Source of the DNA: Basidiobolus meristosporus CBS 931.73
Taxonomy: Eukaryota; Fungi; Basidiobolomycota
NCBI GenBank assembly: GCA_002104905.1
Contig: MCFE01000367.1
Span: 22,687-86,686, forward strand
DNA: 64,000 nt
Reading direction: 5' to 3'
The position numbers and the translations under genes are program-made. This document shows positions 49,547-60,257 of this stretch, in pieces (positions within the stretch are counted from its first letter, which is position 1; each line of letters begins with the position of its first letter). The notes beneath the pieces were generated by a model, which searched no databases, had not been told where the DNA came from, and saw only the letters and a list, made by a program, of their open reading frames with translations.

Positions 49547-50680
49547 AGAAGAACAAGGGTGCCATGGCTAAAAACCTGTGGCCTCCTCAAGAGCCCATTA
49601 CAAGCAGGGCCAAAAGCTCCAGACAAGCTTCAAAGAGATGTCAGGTAGCTGGAAGAGTGCCAATTAGGGACAAGCAGGCAGACACAGATGCACCAGCACA
49701 ACATTTATTAAGGAAAAAGAGTAGTACCATGCAAGAAGCACCCAGTCAAAGTGGCAGTGAAGGACCTGGCAGTGATAAAAACCAGCTGCTTTTACAGGAG
49801 CCTGTCACAACTGCAGTTCAGAGCTCAAAACAAGTGGAAAAAAATGTCAGGCTGCCAGAAGAGTGCCAGCAAGGGACAAGCAGGCCAAAACAGATGTGTC
49901 AGAGCAGAATTTATCCAGGAGAAAATGTAGTTCTTTACAAGGAGCACTCAGACAAAGTAGCAGTGAAAGACCTGGCAGTGATAAAGAAAAAGGTAAAGGG
50001 AAAAATGTCTACCCACGCCTGAGACAGGGAGGCATGCAAAAAAAACTGCAGTTCTTGTCAATTAATGCCGCAAGCCAGGAACAGACTGAATCCCATCACA
50101 GCCAAGAAGAATTACCGACAAGAAAACAGGTCTTTTCACAAGAGTTGGAAGCGCAGTCAGTTTAGCTACACTCCAGCAAGGTAGATGAGTTTGCTGAAAA
50201 AGGCAACCACAGCCTCCACATCCTCCATTGTTGACAGAGTGGAGATCCCACTGACAAACAAGGCTACAATGTCAAGAGCTCAAAGGACTATCACAATGCC
50301 TTCAGTGGAGTTTTGGAACATTAATAGGCACACCAAGAGGTTGCAGCACTTCTTCAAGAGCAGTGCTCAAGAAAATGCGCTTGAATATTGCAAGGATTTA
50401 TTGCAAAGACTGTCAGATGAGGTGCTAGACCTTGCAGTGCCAGCTGAAGACCAGGATGTGTGGGAACCAGTGAATGAAGAGTGGCATAAAGCCACTGGGT
50501 TCCTGCCAAAGTCATGGAACAAGAGCCTTACAGCAGAAATACTGATTGAGTGGTGGATTTTAACGGAGTTACTTGTTGAGTGTGGGGTTGGGCTTAATGT
50601 TAGTGTAGTATATAGGGACTTGTATAGGTCAATACAACTGGCAATTGAGGTACAACTGAAGGTTCAATGGAAATAAATCA
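49547..50680 (+). pseudogene. ORF2 middle repeats and C-terminal conserved region
   Basis: Repeat of about 204 bp (CCTGGCAGTGAT at 49767 and 49971), then KATTASTSSIVDRVEIPL...EYCKDLLQRLSDEVL...LIEWWIL (50185-50676). Confidence 0.75.
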
Positions 50681-51357
50681 ATTTGTATGCATGAAAAGTA
50701 AGAGAAATGGTTGAGTCAGGAAGTAAGGAGTGTGAAAAAGAGGCAATAGTCAATCAATGCACACAAATGTAGGAGGCAATAGAGTGTCTGGGATCAGATA
50801 TTGAGCAAATTGGCAGGGAACCAATCAAAAGCCACTTATATATTCTTGTGATGAAAATTTTTGACCAAGTTTTGTGTGAAATCTGGGGTGCAATTATTTT
50901 TCAACGGTCTCTAGACAGTGTCCTGATGGGATCAGTACATCTTAGTCATTGGACTTTAACTTTGTGATGGCCTTTTAATGGGATCATCTCAATAATTTCT
51001 GTTAGGGGGAGTTTCAGTGGAAATAAATCAATTTGTATATATCAAAAGTAGGATAATTGGTTGAGTCAGGAAGTAGGGACTGTGAGAAAGAGGCAATAGC
51101 AAATTAATGTACACAAACATAGGAGGTGATTGAGTGTACAGGATTAGAAAGTGAGAGATTTGGCAGAGGACCAATTAAAAGCCACTTATATATTGTTGTG
51201 ATGAAAAGTTTTGGCCAAGTTTTTTATGAAATTGGGTTGCAATTATTTTTCAACTGTCTTTGCATAGTGTCCTGACAGAATCAGTACTTCTTAGTCACAG
51301 GACTTTAATTTTGTGATAGCCTTTTGATGGAATCATCACAATTATTTCTCATAGGGA
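50669..51357. repeat. Diverged 350-bp tandem duplication of a transposase-like fragment
   Basis: Units start GGAAATAAATCAATTTGTAT at 50669 and 51019; homologous in reverse to 5330-5600. Confidence 0.8.
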
Positions 51358-51360
51358 TAA

Positions 51361-52657
51361 TCAGAACTATGGATCTGGTCATATTGTAGCAGTTAAGCGG
51401 ATTTTTAGATACCTAAAAGGAACTGCTGATATCTGCTCAAGGTACACCTATGAGTATTCAAAGCAAGATCTTGTGGGATACTCTGATGCTGATTGGGGAA
51501 AAAATTTAGAAGACAAAAGATTCACCACATGATACACCTATCATTACTGTTAAGGTGCAATTTCCTGGAACTCCAGAAAGCAACCAACTGTAGCACTTTC
51601 CACCACAGAGGCAGAGTATATGGCAGACCATGATGCTACAAAAGAAGCAATATGACAAGAAGCTTTTCAAAAGATTCAGGCTTATGTCAGAAAAGCCTGT
51701 TTCTTTATTTCAAGATTATTGAGGATGTATGCAGTTAGGTAGAAATTCAACATTTCATGCTATAGCAAAGCACATGGATATTAGACATCATTTCATATGT
51801 GAAGCTATAAAGAATAACTTAGTTAACTTAGCTTACTGTCCTACAAATGAAATGATTGCTGACATATTTACCAAGCCAGTAGCTAAAGACAAATTTGAAT
51901 ATCTTAGGTCAAAAATAGAACTAATTGGTATGAACATTTAGTTGGGTGGGAGTGTTGTAAAAGCTTATAATTCCGCTTAAATATTCACCTAACTTAGTTG
52001 CTTATATCATTACTTACAAATCTCAGAGAATAACTGACCAAGTTCCTTGTAGGGATTTACTTGGAATATATTCATCAAAATATCAGGTAGCCATTGTGGT
52101 AAAAATTTGTAATTCCACTTAAATATTCACCTAACTTAGTCACTTAGATCATTACCTTCAAATCCTAGAGGATACTGACCAAATTCCTTGTTGGGATTTA
52201 CTTAGAATATTTTCACCAAAATACCAGGTACCCAGAACCTGAAAATTCTCAAGGTTGTCCAAACAGCCCCAAGCTTTGCACACATGTTCTTGGGACCTTC
52301 CTCACCTTATTCTATGTGTTTGTAATGCCAAGACCATGTAAAAGTATGAATATTACTTTTACATTCAACAAATCATTAAGTGAAAACCACATAATCTACT
52401 TGTCCTCCCAATCACTTCTAATACCTCCAAGACTCTTACAATAGCCATAACACAAAAATTCTCAAAGTTGTCCAAGCAGCCCCAGACTTTGCACACATGC
52501 ACTTGGGACCTTCCTGAACCTATTCTACATGCTTGTTATGCTAAGACTATGTACAAGTATAAATACCCCTTTTACATTCAAAAAAATTATGAAGTGAGAA
52601 CCACATAAACTACTGGTTCTTCTTATCACCTCCATAATCTCCAAGACTCTTACAACA
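51361..52657 (+). mobile_element. Copia-C 3' fragment (RT end, RNase H, PPT, 3' LTR 51953-52657 with nested solo LTR)
   Basis: HMDIRHHFICEAIKNNLV..ADIFTKP (51729-51941); PPT GGGTGGGAG; TGTTG...CAACA. Confidence 0.9.
52095..52443 (+). mobile_element. Solo LTR-C inserted inside another LTR-C
   Basis: Full-length LTR copy with perfect TSD GCCAT (52090-52094, 52444-52448); the host LTR resumes at 52449. Confidence 0.92.
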
Positions 52658-53667
52658 TCTTTGTTGGCTATTATTGCTATTAAAGCGCCTTCTTCCTCCT
52701 TCTTATTGGTAATTGAGCTTCTTGATTATTCATATAGGAGCCTACCATATGTGTAATTAAAGGTCAAATCTCCAGTTCTGGACTCTGGGCTGATATACAG
52801 CCCTAAACTTGTCTGTCAGGCTATTACAAAGGGTAACTATCAAATGTTCATTGCTAATTTGTACACCCACCAATACCATCTCATCAACAAACTGGGTGTT
52901 TTGTTGAATTTGATTTTTTATTTCAATTCCGGACAGCATCTTTGCAGTAAATGGTTTTTGCCTAAGATACATTTTCTTAGTAGCTGAGCAATTCTGGTAG
53001 GTGTCTTCCAGTGCTTACCAGGCATTCTTAGCTGCTTTTGCTCTTGATCATTGAATTAGCAATTTGTCTTTAAAATCAAGGCATATGCAGTTCAAGGCAC
53101 TTGGTTCTTTCTTCTTTTACTTCAAGGCTTCTTCTCCTATACCTGAGGAGGATGTCCTTCCCTCATAATAATGTCCCAAAGGCCTCTTTCCTGCAGCAGC
53201 AACTTCATTTTTACCTTCCAGACTTGGCAGTTAGAGCTATCCAAATTTTCAGCAGAAGGAGAAATTTCACTTGTAGCAGTTGTAGACATTGTAGCAAGTG
53301 AGAGCTTGAGGCTCATAACTTGTTGTAAGAGTTTTGGAGATATTGGAAGTGATTGGGCAAACAAATGGATTATGTGGCTTTCACTTGATGATTTATTGAA
53401 TGTAGAAGCAGTATTTGTATTATTACATGCTCTTGGCAAAAAAACTTGCTGAATACATTTGGGAAGGCTCCAAGAACATGTGTGCAAAGCTAGGGGCTTT
53501 TTGGGCAACCATGAGAAATTTCATGTTATGGGTACCTGATGTGATGGTGAGAATATTATAGGTAGATCCCAACAAGGAATTTGCTCAGAGTTCTTAACTA
53601 TTTGCAGGTAATGATGAAAGTGACTAAGCTAGGTGAATACTCAGGTGGAATTACCAGCTTTACAACA
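52658..53667 (-). mobile_element. Copia-C 5' fragment (gag, PBS, 5' LTR 53321-53667)
   Basis: AENLDSSNCQVWKVKMKLLLQERGLWDII; AGTTATGAGCCT PBS variant; LTR homology. Confidence 0.88.
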
Positions 53668-54236
53668 TTATTGAATGAAAAGTGGTACTTATACTTTTAC
53701 ATGGTCTTGGCAAAGCAAGCATATGGAATATGTTGGGGAAGGTCCCAAGAGCATGTGTGCAAGGTGTGGGGGTGTTTAGACAACCTATTAAAGTTTCATG
53801 TTATGGGAACCTGATATTTTGGTGAGATTATTCCAAGTTAATCCCAACAAGAAATTCTGTCAGAACTCTCTAAGATTTGTAGGAGATAAGCCAAGTGACT
53901 GAGTTATGTTAATGTTTAGTTGAAATTACAAGATTTACAACAAAAAAATGTCCAAAGCAAAGCCCAACAAAAAGTTTGGCCAAGAAATAAGAATGCTTTG
54001 AAACTAGGGCCCAAGTGGGTACATATCAATCTTTAGTTGCAAGTAGGAAATTCACATTTACAACCACCAGGAACCACAGCACACCTGAAACCAGTTTTGG
54101 GAGAACTTGGTGACCCCCCCCAGATGTTAAATGATAGTATAAATACAGCTTTTGTTTCCAATAAATCAGTAAGTGAGCACTACATAATCTACTTGTTCCC
54201 CATATCACTTGCAATATTTCCTTAATCTTCCTAACA
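53668..54236. repeat. Two further diverged LTR-C remnants (53668-53942 minus; about 54040-54236 plus)
   Basis: Similarity to LTR-C motifs (GGAAGGTCCCAAGAGCATG; AATAAATCAGTAAGTGAGCACTACATAATCTACTTG). Confidence 0.65.
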
Positions 54237-54710
54237 AAAATGGGCCTGAGACCCAGTTTGCAAGATACTGACTTCATCTGCCAATCAAGGATGTCCTGAA
54301 AATGCTTGAAATTTCCAGACCATCCCCCCTAAACAACCCCAAGTGGTGTAGATTACCTTTGATGATCCTTACACCACCCAAAAATCAATCAGTCACACAG
54401 AGGATGCCAGCAGTATATAGGCATAACACCAATCTGTTCAGGAAGCTATTGAGCAAATGCGCATTGGCATGAACAGTTCAGGAGCATAACTTGTTACAAT
54501 AGATCCCTCAGCCAAATAGTTAGTGGTGCAATACCAGAAGCGGAGCCAGGTCCAGCAAGTACAATTCCCCAGGAACCTCTGAGATTGGAATGGCAAGGAG
54601 CAACCACGAATCGAAGTGTTTGAAATCTTTACATGGCCCCCCCCACATGGGTGCAGCTTTATTAATCAATTATAGGAAGATGTTCTAGCGGGAATTACTT
54701 CATTTGGCAG

Positions 54711-56029
54711 TTAATTTTCGGTTTTGGCGGTTTTGGCTTCGGTGGCGGCCTCTGGCTCTTCCTCAGCCTTTCTCTTGGCGCCATTTCTATTTTCATAGAA
54801 CTTCTTAGCCTCCTCATCTACACGGAGAAAGAGTGATTAGATATGTTTCGAAGGAAAGAACTCGTGTGTGAGGGGGGAGGGGGAGATGCTTTACCGTCCA
54901 AGACTCTGAGCTCTGGCTTGACACCGTCGAGGAGAAGCTCGGCATCCTCCTTAAGCTTCTCAACGATATCCTCGGCAAGGGACTCCTTGAATTGAGCGTA
55001 TCCTTCGTTGTCTCCCTTTTGGTATTTGACGAAGGCGACAGTTCCGGCTACGCCAAGGCGTGCCTTGATGTCTTGCCAGGTGGTGTTAGGGCCGACACCC
55101 TTGAAGTGAAGCATGCAGCGTTGGGGGAGTTCGCGAGCATTTCTCTTGGAATTGGCTTTCTTGCTCTTGTCCTTCTTGCTACCGTGCTCCTTCTCCTTCA
55201 TAGCATGATAGGCATCTCTAAAGTAGGAAAACGCGTGAGACTATGCAATACCACCCATGCACCGGTGAACCTTACGAACCTTCTCATAACGATAAGATCG
55301 GCATCCTTGAACTTCAAGCTCTTGGCAACCAACTCGTCAGCTTCCTCGGAGGTGGCGAATTCCACGAACACGGAACCCTTGAGGATAAGGTTAGCGGGGT
55401 AAGGTCAATACGAAAGCATGAAATTCTAGATACCTTGAAGTTGTTTCCGGGTCTGGCTCTTCTCATACGAACACTCAACACCTTACCGTGCTCCTCAAAG
55501 AACTTCTCCAACTCTTCTTGAAGCTCGGGGTATTCCTCGGGGAAACCTTTCTAGAAATTGGGGAGGGCGAAGCATTAGGACTGGGAAGGGACGAGGCAAG
55601 ACTCTGGAGAGAGCAGGCGGGAATCACTACATACAACATAGACAAAGCGCTTGGAGTCCTCGGCCAAGTTCGACAAAGGCTTGGTTCTTCTGACCATAGC
55701 ACCCTCCTCGTTCACCTCGAGTAATTCAGGGGATTCTCTAAGGGCCTCGACAATCAAGTCCTTATCGGTGAATTGGCGCATACGTTTGAACGAGGCGATG
55801 GTGGCAATGGAGACCCCTTTGGTTGGAAAGAAAAAAGTCAAGGAGAACATGGCAGATCAAGGGGGAACACGCAATTCACCAAACTGGCGGGGGGAGGGGG
55901 GATAGGCAAAAGGATACAACCATCGTTGCTGTTGGCCAAACCGCTCAGGAACTTGTCCTTGGGGAGATTCGAGTCGCTGAAGTAGAATTCAACCTGTTTG
56001 AGAATCTTGGATTTGAGTTCGGTAGTCAT
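54711..56029 (-). CDS. LHP1: La protein (La motif, RRM1, C-terminal RRM2), 6 exons
   Basis: [20 protein letters not shown] (La motif), spliced [19 protein letters not shown]1 KGSVFVEF, second [28 protein letters not shown] introns at 55917-55817, 55634-55551, 55433-55378 and two more; TAA at 54711-54713. Confidence 0.93.
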
Positions 56030-56397
56030 GGTCGACGGGTGGGGGTGTGTTCTGCGCAGCCTCGTTGCCTCTAATACCTGGAAAATTTTCGACGGTTTTT
56101 TTTACGACGTCGAAAAAAAAGTGACCGCTCCTTGAGCGGGTGGATGTGGATGTGGATGTGGGTGGCGGGTATTCCGGAATCATTGGGTTCGGTATTCGGT
56201 GGACGTGATGCCACTTCACACGAGTGGGCTGTGTAATGACTGGTTTCATGCATACTGGTGCGATTTGTCCAGGTGGATTCAAATTGGTAATCAGCTATTC
56301 ATTGGAAGGGGGATATAAGCAACCCTGGTGACGCTAGACCTTCCCGTTCCCCACATCGCAGCCTAACAACCACTAACATCACTTGGCCCCACGTACC

Positions 56398-57086
56398 ATG
56401 AGCTTCTTCAACTTCGAGAGTCAGTTCACCTTTTACGGCCAATATCATTCGAACAAGGTCAACGTGATATGCCATGTTGTCTGCGTCCCGCTCATTTACT
56501 GGTCGGCCCTGGTGCTTTCCATGAACGTCGGCTTGTTAACAACCACCGAGGTCTTCGGGAATGTGTATTTACCTGCGGTCGTCTCCCTGGCATACAGCCT
56601 GTTCTACATCTATTTGGAACCTGTCGCTGGCGTAAGTAGTCCACTCCTTTCCTCTACTGGTTTCTGGCTAACTCCCTCGAGGCCGTTTAGCTGATGTACA
56701 CACCCATCCTCGGAGGAATCGCCTATCACGCCACCAACTTCTATCAGACTTCGCCACAGGCCAACAATATCGCCATAGCCATCCATATCTTCGCATGGAT
56801 CTGTCAATTCTACACCCACGCCTTCCATGAGAAACGAGCCCCTGCTTTATTAGATAATATTGCTCAAGGTAACGAATGATATCGGGTGGGAAGCCCATGC
56901 TCGAACAGCCACTAATCCATCCTCGACACAGCCCTGCTATTCGCGCCGTTCTTCGTCTTCTTCGAGATCATCTTCCAACTGGGATACCGCCCAAGCTTCA
57001 AGCGTCGCCTTCAGAACAACATCGGGAAGGCGATCACCATCTACCGCCGTCAACTGAAAAACCAGGGCAAAAAGGCCCGCTCCTGA
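56398..57086 (+). CDS. MPO1: Mpo1/DUF962-family membrane protein (2-hydroxy fatty acid dioxygenase-like), 3 exons
   Basis: FYGQYHSNKVNVICHVVCVPLIYWS and QFYTHAFHEKRAPALLDN match the family signatures; introns 56632-56690 and 56869-56931 give an open frame to TGA at 57084-57086. Confidence 0.9.
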
Positions 57087-57122
57087 ATGTCTATGATGTA
57101 ATAAATGCAATGATCAACTGTA

Positions 57123-58056
57123 CTAGAGAGAATGCTTATGACACTTCACGTCGGTTAGGTCTTGGGAGGGGAAACTCATGGCTGTCAAGCGATCTCCCTT
57201 GTAACAGCCAGTGTCCAATCCTTTGGAATATTTTCTGATCTTTAAACCTCGGGCTGCTGCATGTCCGTAGACAACGGTGATTGGATGGTCAGATTTCTCC
57301 TGAGCCCTTTCCCACACCTTGGACCATGAGGTGCCAGGTGAGGTTCGTCTGGTTGGATCCCCATTATCAAGGATGTTTCTGATATTCATGACCACATACT
57401 CATCCTGAGCCTCGATCGATCTTGCCGGATCCATACCTCCATGGACTACAAGAAGATCATACTGAGGAATGGATAGAATGACTGGACAGCTCTCCAAATA
57501 ATCCAGCAACTCCTCTGGCAAGGTACTGTCAAAGGGGTGGGTTAGTGACTCGGCTTTAATTCGCTGGGAAAAGCAAACCGGCATACCTGGCAAGCTCCTG
57601 GTGCTCCCCAAAAGAGAGTCCTTTCGGTAGATTCTTCTTGTCGATATTCTCTTCGCCTACCAAGCGAATATACTGTCTCCAACGTAAGACCTCGTCATCA
57701 TTGTTCCCACGCACGCACAGGGCGTTTAGTTCTTTCGCTCTTCTTAATACTCCGTGGGTATCTGGCCCTTTGGCCACCAAATCCCCAGCAAAGATGACCT
57801 TGTCCGTTTCGCCGAGGTCAAGTTTCTCAATGAGACGGTCCAGGCTTTCTGTGCACCCGTGAACATCCCCTATCACGACAAACCTTTGGTTTTGATCATT
57901 CACGGTTAGGACTTGGACCTGCGCGGCACCTGAAGAGGAGTAAGGGAACTCGGTGTTGGTGACGGTGAGCGCTCGTTTCGAAGAGTACAGAGTAAACAGC
58001 GCCGCCAGAAAGAAAAAGGCGGCCATAAAGCAACGAAGGGAGGGACCTCTCAACAT
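57123..58056 (-). CDS. Calcineurin-like metallophosphoesterase, Ppn2/ApaH-like, with N-terminal membrane anchor; 2 exons
   Basis: GDVHG, GDLVAKG, GNNDD, VHGG, VYGH, GLDTGC motifs; hydrophobic N-terminus; intron 57586-57526 (GTATGC..CTAAC..CAG). Confidence 0.9.
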
Positions 58057-60176
58057 TTTGAAAGGTTGGCAAAGGAAGACTCGTTGAGACTTTGGTAGAG
58101 TGCCAGTAAAGAGATTTACTATTTGTTAAACTAGCCAACTCCGATGTGGAGGGCCGGTGAAATGGCCAACGTCTCCCCAGAATAATTGGGCAAAAACATT
58201 CGGTTTTCTAATGGTGATGGTAATCCAACCAATAAGAAGGGTTGGAGTTTGATGGAACACTATTTTATGGAATGTAGTCTCAATGTTGTTACAAATAATT
58301 GGCCATGGCCAATGATAACTTAGCAAACAGGGTTAGTCTAAGATATAACTGGACTAGGCAAACAGTGTACGCTCGTTGTAAATGACAATGCGCTGTTTAC
58401 AAGCAGTCAAAACCATCTACCGGCTCATGTGTTGTGAGAAGGCTGCTTATGGCAATCGCGATCTAATGTAGGCCACTACAACCTCGTGTTTCTCGCGGAG
58501 GGACCCCGCTTTTTCACTGAAGAGTATTTCACATTGAGTTCGTGCGCCAGGAAGAACACCAGAAACACCTTCCACATATTGTTCAGGACGAAGTGCACCG
58601 GAAACATATGTGCCGCATTCTTTCTTGACATGTTCAGAAGATGTGTCGAGTATCGCATGGGAAGGCGCACGGAGGCACTTATATTGGCCCACCGACATAA
58701 TCCAGATTTGTCGCCAGCCGCTGCGAATGATTGTTCATTATTGCGAAACATCCATTCATCCAGATCATTGTAACCCTCACGCACAAGCAGCGTAAATGTG
58801 GATTATGCGATGATGCTGATGTGGTGTTACTAATGGTGATCGTCCAACAAGCTTCCAACCATAATCGAGTTACAGTATCGCTCGAGGATCGACACGCCTT
58901 CCATCCATTTCACAAGGCCATTGTTGTCCATAACTCGACGGACCAACAGCGATCACCCCGCTTTGGGAGAAATCGCTCGCATCCCTTGCATTTTATAGCG
59001 GAGGCAGACAGATCGTAGATCAGCTGAGCACGGGGAAATGTTCACATCCAACATGAAACCGAGTCATGCTCAGCATCTACGTTGTGAAGCGAGTACAGGT
59101 TTCGTGAAGAAGCGTGAGGTTCTAGCCCTAACTTTCAGTTTAATCGTGGGGGAATTTGTGGCGCGGGTCTCCCATGGCGGTCGTTGTTCAATGGAGTCAG
59201 CTTGAATTCGCACTGTTTACTTCCTATTCAGGGCCACAAACTCTTGATCATGTGTGCCACTTCGCCAGCAGTAGAATGTCCCATCCCTTATGTGAACAGG
59301 GAATTTAGCCGAGGGATTTCTCATGATTAGTTATACCAGTACCACCAAGCGCTTCACTCGCTGCTAGCTGGATTGATCAGAGAGTTCAGGTCATTCATGT
59401 CATATGGGCCAGTTGGAATTGCTGTCCATTCGCGCAGAGTACTATATGCGGGTGCTATGATCTGGGGAAGCAAGTGTGTTCTTGATCGTAGCGCGGTTTC
59501 TTGCTTCTTTGATGGATGCGAAAGAGAAAGCCCCGAGACATCGGCGTGGCATTCGAGCAGGTATGAGCGTGAATCCAATTGAAACCAGAGAGTGTGAGTA
59601 TTTCAGAAGAACTGCCTGGTTGACTTCAGCGCATGTCAAAGTTGCTGACTTGGGCCCATCCCCGGTATCAGCTGACACTGCTTCATTCGCACTTGCACTA
59701 TGCCATGGCAAGCCCCTCACATTCACAAAGCGCCTGTGAGCGGTTTGAGATTAATCAACCTGCTGTTACTGCTGCAACGACGACCAGTCCGCTCAGAAAC
59801 ATCTCGATGAGTGTCTGTAGGGAGGAACAGGAATCACAGTTGGACGGCCTAAACCATGGTCGTACACAGAGGTGACTCGAAAGCGTACACGAACTAAAGG
59901 AATATTTGTGGCCTCCCCACCAGAGTCCCTGGAGATTCGCATAAAGTTTAGTGTGAAAAGCTTAATCTATCAATTAAGGATCCCGTGAGTCATCAGATTT
60001 GGATTCCTTACTCAAACAAGGATTCTTGGAGGGTTACCCAAGCATAGATCAACCACCGCAAATGGCAACCAGGAGCAAGATCACTTGGCCAGATGAGGTG
60101 ATGCAAAGCATCAACGTTTCTCATAGCCTAACAGGCGACGATAAGCATGTAACAACCCAGCAGCTGCTACCAAGCA

Positions 60177-60187
60177 CTATAAATAGG
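60177..60187 (+). promoter_or_regulatory. Candidate TATA box of the MFS gene
   Basis: CTATAAATAGG about 75 nt upstream of ATG 60258; motif only. Confidence 0.3.
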
Positions 60188-60257
60188 ATGGCACGTTGTG
60201 ACCAGACTACAAGTTCAGTTCTATCTTCCTTTCAACCCAAGTCTTGCAACACACACA

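Noticed and set aside
36400-50000. CRISPR-like array or satellite (recurrent CCTGGCAGTGAT / GACAAGCAGGC motifs)
   Set aside because: These are diverged coding repeats of about 204 bp inside ORF2 of a eukaryotic transposon, with no constant-repeat/unique-spacer structure and no cas genes.
1-54236. The many 60-130 aa ORFs in the TE block as host genes
   Set aside because: They are antisense or alternative-frame by-products or fragments of the transposon sequences described.
58297-58312. 16-bp perfect palindrome ATTGGCCATGGCCAAT
   Set aside because: Single occurrence with no supporting context; cannot assign a function.
58150-60170. Protein-coding gene or structured ncRNA (tRNA, U3, snRNA) in the 2-kb intergenic region
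   Set aside because: Short overlapping ORFs have no recognisable domains or coherent splice pattern, and I found no cloverleaf or convincing snRNA/snoRNA boxes. An Infernal/Rfam scan would be decisive.
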